From Pseudomonadota bacterium (lineage in GTDB: Bacteria > Pseudomonadota > Gammaproteobacteria > Burkholderiales > Burkholderiaceae_C): a stretch of DNA of 49,096 bases. This document shows, in pieces, positions 1 to 9,252 of this stretch. The notes below the pieces were generated by a model that was not told the origin of the DNA, did not search any database, and saw nothing but the letters and a program-made list of their open reading frames with translations. The stretch covers positions 1-49,096 of the forward strand of contig JAEZKX010000178.1 in assembly GCA_023436025.1 (NCBI GenBank). Reading direction: 5' to 3'. The position numbers were made by a program, and so were the translations under genes. Each line of letters begins with the position of its first letter. The first letter of the stretch is position 1.

Positions 1-300
1 GGCGTGGGCGGCGCGCGCCAGCGCCCGCGCCTGCGCCACGCGGGCTGCCGCATCCTGCACCGAGGTGTTGCGCGCGGCAGCGGCCTCCACCAGCGTGTCG
101 AGCACCGGATCGCCGAAGGCCTTCCACCAGTCGCCGCGGTGGCGCGCTTCTGCCGGCGCGGCGGTGGTCCAGCGGCTGCCGTCCGCCTGCTTGAAGGCGA
201 CCGGCGGCGGCGCCTGCACGGGTAGTTGGGGCAATGCGGTGGCGCAACCGGCGAGCACCAGCGCGGCCACCAGAGGCAGTTGTCGAAGCATGGATCGCAT
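1..300 (-). CDS. RND efflux outer-membrane lipoprotein (NodT/OprN family), N-terminal part; runs off the window edge
   Basis: Manual translation from ATG at 300: MRSMLRQLPLVAALVLAGCATA (lipobox LAGC), then WWKAFGDPVLDTLVEAAAARN, a typical OEP N-terminus. Starts 1 nt after the RND permease stop. Confidence 0.9.
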   Translation of the reverse strand, partial: MRSMLRQLPLVAALVLAGCATALPQLPVQAPPPVAFKQADGSRWTTAAPAEARHRGDWWKAFGDPVLDTLVEAAAARNTSVQDAAARVAQARALARAAHA

Positions 301-301
301 C

Positions 302-3300
302 TCAGATCTCCCGGTTGTGCAAGGGCGCGGCCGCTACCGGATGCGCGGCGCCACCGCCACCGGCGAAGCCTTCGAAGTGCGCAAGCTGGCCGTGCTGGCG
401 CAGCGGCCGGTTGCCGGCCAGGCGGCGCAGCACCACGTAGAACACCGGCGTGAGGAACAGCCCGAAGGCGGTGACGCCTATCATTCCGGCGAACACGGCG
501 ATGCCCATGGCCTGGCGCATCTCGGAGCCGGCGCCGCTGGACAGCACCAGCGGCAGCACGCCCATCACGAAGGCCAGCGAGGTCATCAGGATGGGCCGCA
601 GGCGCAGCCGGCTGGCCTCGATGGCGGCCTGCACCGGCGTGCGGCCGGCAAACTCCAGCTCGCGCGCGAACTCCACGATCAGGATCGCGTTCTTGGCCGA
701 CAGTCCCACCAGCACCATCAGGCCGATCTGGGTGAACACGTTGCTTTCGCCACCGGCCAGCCACACGCCCGACATCGCCGCGAACAGCCCCATGGGCACG
801 ATCAGCAAGATGGCCAGCGGCAGCGTCAGGCTCTCGTACTGCGCGGCCAGCACCAGGAACACCAGCAGGATGGCCAGCGGGAACACCCACACCGCCGAAT
901 TGCCGGCCAGGATCTCCTGGTAGGTCAGGTCGGTCCACTCGAAGGCGATGCCCGGCGGCAGGGTCTCGGCGGCGATGCGCTCCACCGCGTCCTGCGCCTG
1001 GCCCGAGGAGAAGCCCGGGGCCGGGCCGCCGTTGATGTCGGCGGTGAGATAGCCGTTGTAGCGCATGGCGCGTTCGGGCCCGAAGCTGGAGCGCACGTTC
1101 ATCAGCGCCGCCAGCGGCACCATCTCGCCGGTCGACGAGCGCACCTTCAGCGCGCCGATGTCCTCGGCGCGCGCGCGGTAAGGCGCATCGGCTTGCACCC
1201 GCACGGTGTAGGTGCGGCCGAACTTGTTGAAGTCGTTGACGTAGACGCTGCCCAGGTAGGTCGACATGGTCTCGAACACGTCGGTCACCGCCACCCCGAG
1301 CTGGCGCGCCTTGGTGCGGTCGATGTCGGCATAGAGCTGCGGCACGTTGACCTGCCAGCTGGTGAACAAGCCCGCCAGCTCCGGCGCCTGCGCCGCCTTC
1401 GCCATGAAGGCCTTGACCGCCGCGTCCATGGCTTCGTAGCCGAGCGAGCCGCGGTCTTCCAGCTGCAGCTTGAAGCCGCCGGTGGTGCCCAGCCCCTGCA
1501 CCGGCGGCGGCGGGAACATCACGATGAAGGCGTCCTGGATGCTGCCGTAGGCCGCGTTCAGCTGCGCCGCGACGGCCGCACCGCTCTGGTCGGCGTTCTT
1601 CCGCTCGTCGAAGGGCTTGAGCATGGCGAACACGATCCCCGCATTGGAGCTATTGGTGAAGCCGTTGATCGACAGGCCGGGGAAGGCGAGCGTGCCTTCC
1701 ACGTTCGGGTTGTCCGCGGTGATCTCGCCCATGCGGCGCACCACCGCCTCGGTGCGGTCCAGCGTGGCGCCGTCGGGCAGCTGGGCGAAGCCGATCAGGT
1801 ACTGCTTGTCCTGGGCGGGAACGAAGCCCGCGGGCACCACCTTGAACAGGCCCACGGTGGCGACCGCCAGCACGGCATACAGGCCCAGCATCAGCGCCTT
1901 GCGCCCGAGCGCGCGGCGCACGCCGCCGCCGTAGGCGTGCGAGGCGCGGCCGAACATCCGGTTGAAGCCGCGGAACAGCCAGCCGAAGGTGCGGTCCATG
2001 CCGCGGGTGAGCGCATCCTTGGGCGCGTCATGCCCCCGCAGCAGCAGCGCCGCCAGCGCCGGCGACAGCGTCAGCGAGTTGATGGCCGAGATCACCGTGG
2101 AGATCGCGATGGTCACCGCGAACTGGCGGTAGAACTGGCCGGTCAGCCCGCTGATGAAGGCCAGCGGCACGAACACCGCCACCAGCACCAGGGCGATGGC
2201 GACGATCGGGCCGGACACCTCGCGCATGGCGCGGTAGGTCGCCTCGCGCGGGCTGAGCCCCGCCTCGATGTTGCGCTCGACGTTCTCCACCACCACGATG
2301 GCGTCGTCGACCACGATGCCGATGGCCAGCACCAGCCCGAACAGGCTCAGCGCGTTGATCGAGAAGCCCAGCAGGTGCAGCACGGCGAAGGTCCCCACCA
2401 CCGACACCGGCACGGCCAGCAGCGGGATGATGGAGGCGCGCCAGGTCTGCAGGAACAGGATCACCACCAGCACCACCAGCTCGAGGGCCACCAGCAGCGG
2501 CTGCACCACCGACTGGATGGAGGCGCGCACGAACTGCGTCGGGTCGTAGGCGATGCGGTATTCCACGCCCTCGGGCATGTGCTTCGCCAGTTCGTCCATG
2601 GTCTTGCGCACCTGCGCCGAGATCTCCAGCGCGTTGGAGCCCGGCGCCTGGAACACGCCGATGCCGACCGCCGCGTCGTTGTTCAGCAGCGAGCGCAGCG
2701 CGTAGTCGGCTGCGCCCAGCTCCAGGCGCGCGACGTCGCGCAGCCGCGTGACGGCGCCGTCGGCTCCGGTCTTGACGATGATGTCGCCGAACTCCTCCTC
2801 GTTCTGCAGCCGACCCTGGGCGTTGATCGACAGCTGCAGGTCGACGCCGGGCAGCCCCGGCGAGGCGCCCACCACGCCGGCGGCGGCCTGCACGTTCTGC
2901 TCGCGGATGGCCTGCACCACGTCGCCTGCGGACAGGCCGCGCTGCGCCACCTTCTGCGGGTCCAGCCACACGCGCATGGCGTACTCGCCGCCGCCCCAGA
3001 TCTCCACGTGGCCCACGCCTTCGATGCGCGCGAGGCGGTCGCGCACGTTGAGCACCGCGTAGTTGCGCAGGTAGTCCATGCCGTAGCGGCCGTTGGGCGA
3101 CACCAGGTGGACCACCATGGTGATGTCGGGCGAGCTCTTGACGGTGGACAGGCCCAGGCGGCGCACCTCCTCGGGCAGGCGCGGCTCGGCCTGCGCCACG
3201 CGGTTTTGCACCAGCTGCTGCGCCTTGTCCGGGTCGGTGCCCAGGCGGAAGGTGACGCTGAGCGTCATCAGGCCGTCGGTGGTGGCCTGGCTGCCCATGT

Positions 3301-3535
3301 AGAGCATGCCTTCCACGCCGTTGATGGCCTCCTCCAGCGGCGTGGCCACCGTCTCGGCGATCACCTTGGGGTTGGCGCCGGGGTAGTTGGCGCGCACCAC
3401 CACCGTGGGCGGCACCACCTCCGGATACTCGGAGATCGGCAGCGCCGGCAAGGCGATGAGCCCGGCCAGCAGGATCAGGAGCGACAGCACGCCGGCGAAG
3501 ATCGGCCGGTCGATGAAGAAGCGCGAGAAGTTCAT
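302..3535 (-). CDS. RND multidrug efflux permease (MexF/CeoB/OqxB-like, HAE1)
   Basis: 1077 aa. MNFSRFFIDRPIFA start, GIVVDDAIVVVENVER proton-relay motif, KNAILIVEFA, RLRPILMTS. Confidence 0.97.
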   Translation of the reverse strand: MNFSRFFIDRPIFAGVLSLLILLAGLIALPALPISEYPEVVPPTVVVRANYPGANPKVIAETVATPLEEAINGVEGMLYMGSQATTDGLMTLSVTFRLGTDPDKAQQLVQNRVAQAEPRLPEEVRRLGLSTVKSSPDITMVVHLVSPNGRYGMDYLRNYAVLNVRDRLARIEGVGHVEIWGGGEYAMRVWLDPQKVAQRGLSAGDVVQAIREQNVQAAAGVVGASPGLPGVDLQLSINAQGRLQNEEEFGDIIVKTGADGAVTRLRDVARLELGAADYALRSLLNNDAAVGIGVFQAPGSNALEISAQVRKTMDELAKHMPEGVEYRIAYDPTQFVRASIQSVVQPLLVALELVVLVVILFLQTWRASIIPLLAVPVSVVGTFAVLHLLGFSINALSLFGLVLAIGIVVDDAIVVVENVERNIEAGLSPREATYRAMREVSGPIVAIALVLVAVFVPLAFISGLTGQFYRQFAVTIAISTVISAINSLTLSPALAALLLRGHDAPKDALTRGMDRTFGWLFRGFNRMFGRASHAYGGGVRRALGRKALMLGLYAVLAVATVGLFKVVPAGFVPAQDKQYLIGFAQLPDGATLDRTEAVVRRMGEITADNPNVEGTLAFPGLSINGFTNSSNAGIVFAMLKPFDERKNADQSGAAVAAQLNAAYGSIQDAFIVMFPPPPVQGLGTTGGFKLQLEDRGSLGYEAMDAAVKAFMAKAAQAPELAGLFTSWQVNVPQLYADIDRTKARQLGVAVTDVFETMSTYLGSVYVNDFNKFGRTYTVRVQADAPYRARAEDIGALKVRSSTGEMVPLAALMNVRSSFGPERAMRYNGYLTADINGGPAPGFSSGQAQDAVERIAAETLPPGIAFEWTDLTYQEILAGNSAVWVFPLAILLVFLVLAAQYESLTLPLAILLIVPMGLFAAMSGVWLAGGESNVFTQIGLMVLVGLSAKNAILIVEFARELEFAGRTPVQAAIEASRLRLRPILMTSLAFVMGVLPLVLSSGAGSEMRQAMGIAVFAGMIGVTAFGLFLTPVFYVVLRRLAGNRPLRQHGQLAHFEGFAGGGGAAHPVAAAPLHNREI

Positions 3536-4737
3536 GACCGTGCTTCCATCGTCACCGCCTGCGGCTGCACCACGGCGCCCGGGCGCACGCGCTGCAGGCC
3601 GTTGACGACAATCCGTTCACCGGGCGCGAGGCCTGCCTGCACCACCCGCAGGCCGCCCGCCGGCGGGCCCAGCGTCACCTCCCGGTACTCGGCCTTGTCG
3701 CCCGCGCCCACCACCAGCACGTACTTCTTGTCCTGGTCGGTGCCCACGGCACGCTCGCTCACCAGCACCGCGCGGCTGGCGCGGGCCTGGCCCATGCGCA
3801 CCCGGGCGAACTGCCCGGGGATCAGGCTGCCATCGCGGTTGTCGAAGGCCGCGCGCACCCGGATGGTGCCGCTGCGGACATCGACCTGGTTGTCGATCAG
3901 TTGCAGCCGGCCCTGGTGCGGCGTGTCGTTGCTGGCGCCAGTGCCCATGCGCACGGGGATGCGCTCGATCAGCGCCCGCGCGCTGGAGCCGCCCGGCAGG
4001 TCCTTCAGCGCGCGCAGGATCACCTGCTCGTCGGCCTCGAAGCTGGCGTAGATGGGCGACACCGAGACCAGCGTGGTCAGCACCGGCGCGCCGGGGCCGG
4101 CGGCCACCAGGTTGCCGGGCGTCACTTCCAGCTTGCCGATGCGGCCGGCGACCGGCGCGCGCACCTGGGTGTAGCCCAGGTTCAGGCGCGCGCCCTGCAG
4201 CTGCGCCTGCGCCGCGCGCAGGTTGGCGCCGGCCTCGCGCTCGGCATTGGCGCGCTCTTCCAGTTCGCGCTGCGCGATGGCGCTTTCCTCCCACAGGCGC
4301 TGGGCGCGCGCGGCTTCGCTGTGTGCCTGCGCCAGACGGGCCTGCGCCGCCGCGACCTGTGCTTCCGCGCGCTGCACCTCGGCCTGGTAGGGCGCCGGAT
4401 CGATGGTGATCAGCAGCTCGCCCTGTTTCACCAGCGCGCCTTCGCGGAAGTGCACGGCCTGCACGGCGCCGGCCACGCGCGAGCGGACCTCGACGCGCTC
4501 CACCGCCTCCAGGCGCCCGGAGAATTCGTCCCAGGCCGTGATGTCGGTGGCTTCCACCGTGGCGACCGACACCGGGATGGCTGCCGGCGCGGTACTGGTG
4601 ACGGCCTGCGCGCGTTCGCCGTGCAAGGCGATGATGGCGGTGGCGAGGGCCGACAGGCCGGCGGCGGCGCCGGCCGCGGTCCACAGGCGCCAGCGGCGCA
4701 CAGGCGCGGCGGCGGGCTTCAAGTTTTCTTGTTCCAT
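3532..4737 (-). CDS. RND periplasmic adaptor (MFP, MexE/CeoA-like)
   Basis: 401 aa. WDEFSGRLEAVERVEVRSRVAG, FREGALVKQGELLITIDP, GERIVVNGLQRVRPG. 4-nt overlap with the permease. Confidence 0.96.
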   Translation of the reverse strand: MEQENLKPAAAPVRRWRLWTAAGAAAGLSALATAIIALHGERAQAVTSTAPAAIPVSVATVEATDITAWDEFSGRLEAVERVEVRSRVAGAVQAVHFREGALVKQGELLITIDPAPYQAEVQRAEAQVAAAQARLAQAHSEAARAQRLWEESAIAQRELEERANAEREAGANLRAAQAQLQGARLNLGYTQVRAPVAGRIGKLEVTPGNLVAAGPGAPVLTTLVSVSPIYASFEADEQVILRALKDLPGGSSARALIERIPVRMGTGASNDTPHQGRLQLIDNQVDVRSGTIRVRAAFDNRDGSLIPGQFARVRMGQARASRAVLVSERAVGTDQDKKYVLVVGAGDKAEYREVTLGPPAGGLRVVQAGLAPGERIVVNGLQRVRPGAVVQPQAVTMEARS

Positions 4738-4824
4738 GGTTGCTTTTCCTTTTTGAGGCGTGCGCTGGCCCTGCCCGGCGGATCACACCGGGTTGGGCGG
4801 TTGTCGTTGGGAGAAGGCGAAGGC

Positions 4825-5640
4825 CTACGAAGGCGTCGCCGGCATGTCGAGGAAGCCGCGCAGGTGGCCGATCACTGCCTGTTCACAGGGACAGGAATGC
4901 GGCGGCGCTTCCAGTGACTGCGGCCAGCCGGTGGCGGGCACGAGGGCGGTTCGCACGACGACACCTGCCTGTCGCAGCCGCTCGGCGTAGGCCCTGGCCT
5001 CGTCGCGCATGGGATCGTCCTCGCCGGCGAGCACCAGCGCCGGCGGCAGGCCCCCCAGGCGGCTTGCATGCGCAGGCACGGCATAGGGATGCTCGGCGTC
5101 CATGGGCTTGCGCAGGTACTGCGACCAGCCGGTGCTCCACTTGCAGCTGACATCGCCGCCCGTCGCCGCGCGCTTGGACGGCATCGCGCTGCACGGATCG
5201 AGCATGGGCGTGACCAGGATCTGGCCTTCCAGGCGCGGCTCGCCGCGGTCGCGCGCCACCAGCGCCAGCGCCGCGGCCAGGTTGCCCCCGGCTTCCTCGC
5301 CGGCCACGAACAAGGGCGCACCGGCGCCGCCCAGCCGCAAGCGCTTGCGGGCGATCCACTGCAGTGCGACATAGGAGGCCTCCAGCGCCACCGGGAAGGG
5401 ATGCTCGGGCGCCAGCGGATAGGCGATGGACACGACCACCGCACCCGCTTGCGCCAGCAGTTGCGCCAGCGACTCGCCGGAATCGAGATCGCCGCCCACG
5501 AAGGCGCCGCCATGCAGGTGCAGCACCACCGGCGTGGGCGCGCCCGGGCGCCGCGCACCATGCAGGCGCATGGGCAAGGCAGGCAGGCCCGCAACGGGGA
5601 TGGCGTCGGGCAAGGCGGTGTAGGACACGCGAGTGGGCAT
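4825..5640 (-). CDS. HSL-family alpha/beta hydrolase-fold protein (LlpE-like), probably catalytically inactive
   Basis: HGGAF oxyanion motif and YPLAPEHPFP present; nucleophile elbow reads GEEAGGNL instead of GDSAGGNL. Start taken at ATG 5640 because the upstream extension of the ORF overlaps the LysR gene. Confidence 0.88.
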   Translation of the reverse strand: MPTRVSYTALPDAIPVAGLPALPMRLHGARRPGAPTPVVLHLHGGAFVGGDLDSGESLAQLLAQAGAVVVSIAYPLAPEHPFPVALEASYVALQWIARKRLRLGGAGAPLFVAGEEAGGNLAAALALVARDRGEPRLEGQILVTPMLDPCSAMPSKRAATGGDVSCKWSTGWSQYLRKPMDAEHPYAVPAHASRLGGLPPALVLAGEDDPMRDEARAYAERLRQAGVVVRTALVPATGWPQSLEAPPHSCPCEQAVIGHLRGFLDMPATPS

Positions 5641-5647
5641 GGCTGGA

Positions 5648-5676
5648 AATATAGGCACGCACCGCGTACGGATAAA
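5648..5676 (-). promoter_or_regulatory. Putative sigma70 promoter of the efflux operon
   Basis: Minus strand TTTATC-17 nt-TATATT, ending 7 nt before ATG 5640. Confidence 0.55.
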
Positions 5677-5695
5677 GACCGCTTTCGCCAGTTCT

Positions 5696-5716
5696 TTGTT
5701 TCCGGCCGATGAACAA
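5696..5716. promoter_or_regulatory. Putative LysR recognition site
   Basis: TTGTT-N11-AACAA inverted repeat containing the T-N11-A LTTR box, in the divergent intergenic region. Confidence 0.6.
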
Positions 5717-5745
5717 TCCCTCCAGCAACAAGAAAAGGGCAAGGG

Positions 5746-6645
5746 ATGGACCAGATCCAGTCGATGCGCGTGTTCGCGCGGGTGGTCGAGGCCGGCAGCT
5801 TCACCAAGGCGGCGGAGTCGCTGGCGATGCCCAAGGGCTCGGCGACCAAGCTGGTGCAGCAGCTGGAGACGCGGCTGCGCGTCAAGTTGCTCAACCGCAC
5901 GACACGCCGGGTGACGGTGACGCCCGACGGCGCCGCGTACTACGAGCGCACCTCCCGCCTTCTGAACGACCTGGACGACATCGAGGCCAGCATGACCAAC
6001 GCGCAGGCCAACCCCAGCGGACGCCTGCGCGTGGACGTGGGATCCTCGGTCGCGCGGCTGGTCATCATCCCGGCACTCGGGGAGTTCTACCGCCGCTATC
6101 CCGACATCCGGCTGGACCTGGGCGTGAGCGACCGGCCGGTGGACCTGATCACCGACAACGTCGACTGCGTGATCCGCGGCGGCGACCTGGTGGAGCAGTC
6201 GCTGGTGGCGCGCCGCATCGCCAACCTGGAGCTGATCACGGTGGCGACGCCCGGCTACCTGGCGAAGCACGGCGTGCCGCGCCATCCGCATGACCTGGAG
6301 GATGGCCACCGGATGGTGAACTACTTCTCGGCGCGCAGCGGCCGGCCCTATCCCAACGAATTCCTGAAGGACGGCGAGCGCATCGAGGTGGCGGGCAGCT
6401 ACCAGGTCGCGGTCAACGAGAGCAACGCGCACCTCGCGGCCGTGCTCGCCGGTCTGGGCATCGGCGAGTCGGCGCGCTTCATGGCGGCGCCGCATCTCGC
6501 CGCGGGTGAGTTGGTGGAGCTGATGCCCGACTGGACCCGGCCGCCCGTGCCGGTGCACGTGGTCTATCCGCCCAACCGGCACCTCAGCGCCAAGGTGCGG
6601 GTGTTCGTGGAATGGGCGGCCGAGGTGTTCGGGCGGCTGGCGTAG
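5746..6645 (+). CDS. LysR-family regulator (CrgA-like; CeoR/BpeT position)
   Basis: 299 aa. FARVVEAGSFTKAA HTH, LLNRTTRRV, SAKVRVFVEW. Divergent from the efflux operon. Confidence 0.96.
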   Translation: MDQIQSMRVFARVVEAGSFTKAAESLAMPKGSATKLVQQLETRLRVKLLNRTTRRVTVTPDGAAYYERTSRLLNDLDDIEASMTNAQANPSGRLRVDVGSSVARLVIIPALGEFYRRYPDIRLDLGVSDRPVDLITDNVDCVIRGGDLVEQSLVARRIANLELITVATPGYLAKHGVPRHPHDLEDGHRMVNYFSARSGRPYPNEFLKDGERIEVAGSYQVAVNESNAHLAAVLAGLGIGESARFMAAPHLAAGELVELMPDWTRPPVPVHVVYPPNRHLSAKVRVFVEWAAEVFGRLA

Positions 6646-6693
6646 CGGCGCGCGCGGGCTGGAGCGCCTGGCTCGCCCCAGCCCCGGCCCGGA

Positions 6694-7542
6694 TCAGGCC
6701 TTGAACGGAACCACCAGCTGCCGCTGCTCGCCCAGCCCTTGGATCCCCAGCGTCATCACGTCGCCCTTCTTCAGGTACTTCGGCGGCTTCATGCCCAGGC
6801 CGACGCCGGGCGGCGTGCCGGTGGTGATGATGTCGCCCGGCAGCAGCGTCATGAACTGGCTGACGTAGCTGACGATCTTCGCCACGTTGAAGATCATCGT
6901 CTTCGTGTTGCCGGTCTGCATGCGCTCGCCGTTGACGTCCAGCCACATGTCGAGGCGCTGCACGTTGGGGATCTCGTCGGGCGTCACCAGCCAGGGGCCG
7001 ACCGGGCCGAAGGTGTCGCAGCCCTTGCCCTTGTCCCACTGCGGGCCGCGCTCCATCTGGAACTCGCGTTCGCTGACGTCGTTGACGATGGTGTAGCCGG
7101 CCACGTGGGCCAGTGCCTTGCTCATGGGCACGTAGCGCGCCTGCGTGCCGATGACCACCCCCAGCTCGACCTCCCAGTCGGTCTTGACCGAACCGCGCGG
7201 CAGCATCACCGGGTCGTTCGGGCCCTGGATGCAGCTGGTGGCCTTCAGGAACACCACCGGCTCCTTGGGGATGGGCGCGCCGCTCTCGGCGGCGTGGTCG
7301 GCGTAGTTGAGGCCGATGGCCACGAACTTGCCCACGCCGCTGACCGGGCAACCATAGCGCGGCGTGCCGCGCACCAGCGGCAGCTTGGCCGGATTGGCCT
7401 TGCGGATGCGCGCCAGGCCGGCCTGCGACAGCTGCTGCGGGCCGATGTCCGGCACCACCGCGCTCAGGTCGCGGATGCGGCCATCGTCGTCGACCAGGCC
7501 GGGCTTTTCCTTGCCGGGGTTGCCATAACGAACCAGTTTCAT
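6694..7542 (-). CDS. Fumarylacetoacetate-hydrolase family protein, likely 2,4-diketo-3-deoxy-sugar-acid hydrolase (LRA6-like)
   Basis: IGLNYADHA, DWEVELGVVIG, NDVSER, GDIITTGTPPGVG motifs; cluster context. Confidence 0.9.
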   Translation of the reverse strand: MKLVRYGNPGKEKPGLVDDDGRIRDLSAVVPDIGPQQLSQAGLARIRKANPAKLPLVRGTPRYGCPVSGVGKFVAIGLNYADHAAESGAPIPKEPVVFLKATSCIQGPNDPVMLPRGSVKTDWEVELGVVIGTQARYVPMSKALAHVAGYTIVNDVSEREFQMERGPQWDKGKGCDTFGPVGPWLVTPDEIPNVQRLDMWLDVNGERMQTGNTKTMIFNVAKIVSYVSQFMTLLPGDIITTGTPPGVGLGMKPPKYLKKGDVMTLGIQGLGEQRQLVVPFKA

Positions 7543-7567
7543 TGCTTGCTTTCTCTTTCTTCGTGGA

Positions 7568-8308
7568 TCAATAGGTGGAACGCCCTCCCGACAGGTCGAA
7601 CACCGCGCCGGTGGAGAACGCGCATTCTTCCGTGCACAGCCATCCGACCAGCGCCGCGACCTCCTGCGGCGTGCCGAAGCGGCCCATCGGGATCTTCGAC
7701 AACATGAACCCGATGTGCTCCTCGGTCATCTGGTCGAAGATCGCCGTCTTCACCGCCGCCGGCGTCACGCAGTTCACGCGCACCCCGGTGTCGGCCAGCT
7801 CCTTGCCGAGCGACTTGGTCAGCGCGATCACGCCGGCCTTGCTCGCACTGTACGCGCTCGCGTTGGGGTTGCCGTCCTTGCCCGCCACCGAGGCGATGTT
7901 GACGATGCGGCCGTAGCCCGTCTCGCGCATCACCGGCACCAGTTCGCGGCAGCACAGGAACACACCGGTGAGGTTGACCTCCATCACCTGGCGCCAGGCG
8001 TCGACCGGGTAGTCCCACAGCCTGGCGTTGGGGCCGGTGATGCCGGCGCTGTTGACCAGCGCGTCCACGCGGCCGGCGCGGCGCAGCGTGGCCTGCGCGG
8101 CCGCGCGCACGGAGGCCTCGCTCGCCACGTCTACCTGCACGTGGTCGGCGCCCAGGCGCCGGGCCGCCTCGCGTCCTGCGACCGCGTCGCTGTCCCACAG
8201 CGTGACGCTGCCGCCCGAGGCGAGCAACCGCTCGGCGATGGCAAGGCCCAAGCCACTGGCGCCGCCGGTCACGATGGCGTGCCGGCCCTGGAAATCGAGT
8301 TGGTTCAT
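7568..8308 (-). CDS. SDR oxidoreductase resembling 2-keto-3-deoxy-L-rhamnonate 4-dehydrogenase (LRA5-like)
   Basis: TGGASGLG, YSASK, GYGRIVNIASVAGKDGNPNA, FDLSGGRSTY. Family certain; specificity from remembered similarity. Confidence 0.85.
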   Translation of the reverse strand: MNQLDFQGRHAIVTGGASGLGLAIAERLLASGGSVTLWDSDAVAGREAARRLGADHVQVDVASEASVRAAAQATLRRAGRVDALVNSAGITGPNARLWDYPVDAWRQVMEVNLTGVFLCCRELVPVMRETGYGRIVNIASVAGKDGNPNASAYSASKAGVIALTKSLGKELADTGVRVNCVTPAAVKTAIFDQMTEEHIGFMLSKIPMGRFGTPQEVAALVGWLCTEECAFSTGAVFDLSGGRSTY

Positions 8309-9051
8309 AGCGTGATGCCGCCATCGGCAGCATAGGCCTGGCCGGTGACGAACAGGGATTCGTCGCTGGCGAGGAACACCACCAGCGGCGCGATCTCCTC
8401 CGCCCGCGCCAGCCGCCCCATGGGCTGGCGCGCGACGAAATTCTGCCGCGCCGCCACCGGGTCGTCATGGGCGTTGATGCGCGCCTGCAGCGACGGCGTG
8501 TCCACCGTGCCCGGGCAGATGGCGTTGCAGCGGATGCCATGCGCCACGTAATCGGCCGCCACGCTCTTCGTGAGGCCGATCACCGCGGCCTTGGTGGTGC
8601 CGTAGATGAAGCGATTGGGCAGGCCCTTGATGCTGCTGCACACGCTGGCCATGTTGATGATGCTGCCGCGGCCGCGCCCGCCGTCGTTGCGCAGCATGCG
8701 CGGCAGCGCCGCCTGGATGGCCCAGAACTGCGAGCGCACGTTCAGCTCCAGCGCGAAGCTCCACTCCTCGTCGGTCGCCTGCAGCACGGTGCCGTGGTGG
8801 ACGAAGCCGGCGCAGTTGAACAGGATGTCGAGCGCGGGCATGCCTTCCACCACGCGCGTGATGGCGGCCTTGTCGCGCACGTCGAGCGCCACGCAGCGCA
8901 CATTGGGCACGCCGTCGTAGCTGTCCAGCAGGCGCGGGTCGACATCGGTGGCCCACACCTGCGCGCCCTCGGCGGCAAGGGCCAGGGCGCTGGCGCGGCC
9001 GATGCCTTGGCCAGCGGCAGTGACGAGGGCGGTCTTGTGTTGCAGGCGCAC
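8305..9051 (-). CDS. BDH2-type SDR, 2-keto-3-deoxy-L-fuconate dehydrogenase-like
   Basis: TAAGQGIG, NRFIYGTTKAAVIGLTKSVAAD, CPGTVDTPSL, RQPMGRL. GTG start at 9051 preceded by AAGGA. Confidence 0.87.
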   Translation of the reverse strand: MRLQHKTALVTAAGQGIGRASALALAAEGAQVWATDVDPRLLDSYDGVPNVRCVALDVRDKAAITRVVEGMPALDILFNCAGFVHHGTVLQATDEEWSFALELNVRSQFWAIQAALPRMLRNDGGRGRGSIINMASVCSSIKGLPNRFIYGTTKAAVIGLTKSVAADYVAHGIRCNAICPGTVDTPSLQARINAHDDPVAARQNFVARQPMGRLARAEEIAPLVVFLASDESLFVTGQAYAADGGITL

Positions 9052-9068
9052 GGGGATCCTTCGAAGGG

Positions 9069-9122
9069 GCTGGAAGCTGGAAGCTGGAAGCTGGAAGCTG
9101 GAAGCTGGAAGCTGGAAGCTGG
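9069..9122. repeat. Perfect heptamer tandem repeat (GCTGGAA)x7 + GCTGG
   Basis: Counted directly; intergenic, between divergent SDR and GntR genes. Confidence 0.97.
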
Positions 9123-9187
9123 GGTTGAGGTTAGGGTTGGAGACTAGGGAACATCCGAATGCCACCAGGAGCGGTCGGCCGGATAGT

Positions 9188-9204
9188 AATTGGCCTGACC
9201 ACTT
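9188..9204. promoter_or_regulatory. FadR/GntR-type operator
   Basis: AATTGGCCTGACCACTT, an imperfect palindrome resembling the FadR-subfamily consensus AAnTGGTCnGACCAnTT, about 50 nt upstream of the GntR gene. Confidence 0.65.
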
Positions 9205-9252
9205 GTCCAATCCGGATCCACCCTAGCCCCGAGCCCGACTCGCTGGAGGCCC

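Noticed and set aside
65..4051. 1328-aa plus-strand ORF
   Set aside because: Antisense shadow of the RND genes; high GC suppresses stops and the protein has no motifs.
9052..9210. N-terminal SDR extension with SFQLPAS repeats
   Set aside because: Translation artefact of the non-coding heptamer repeat; the SDR fold starts at GTG 9051 with an RBS.
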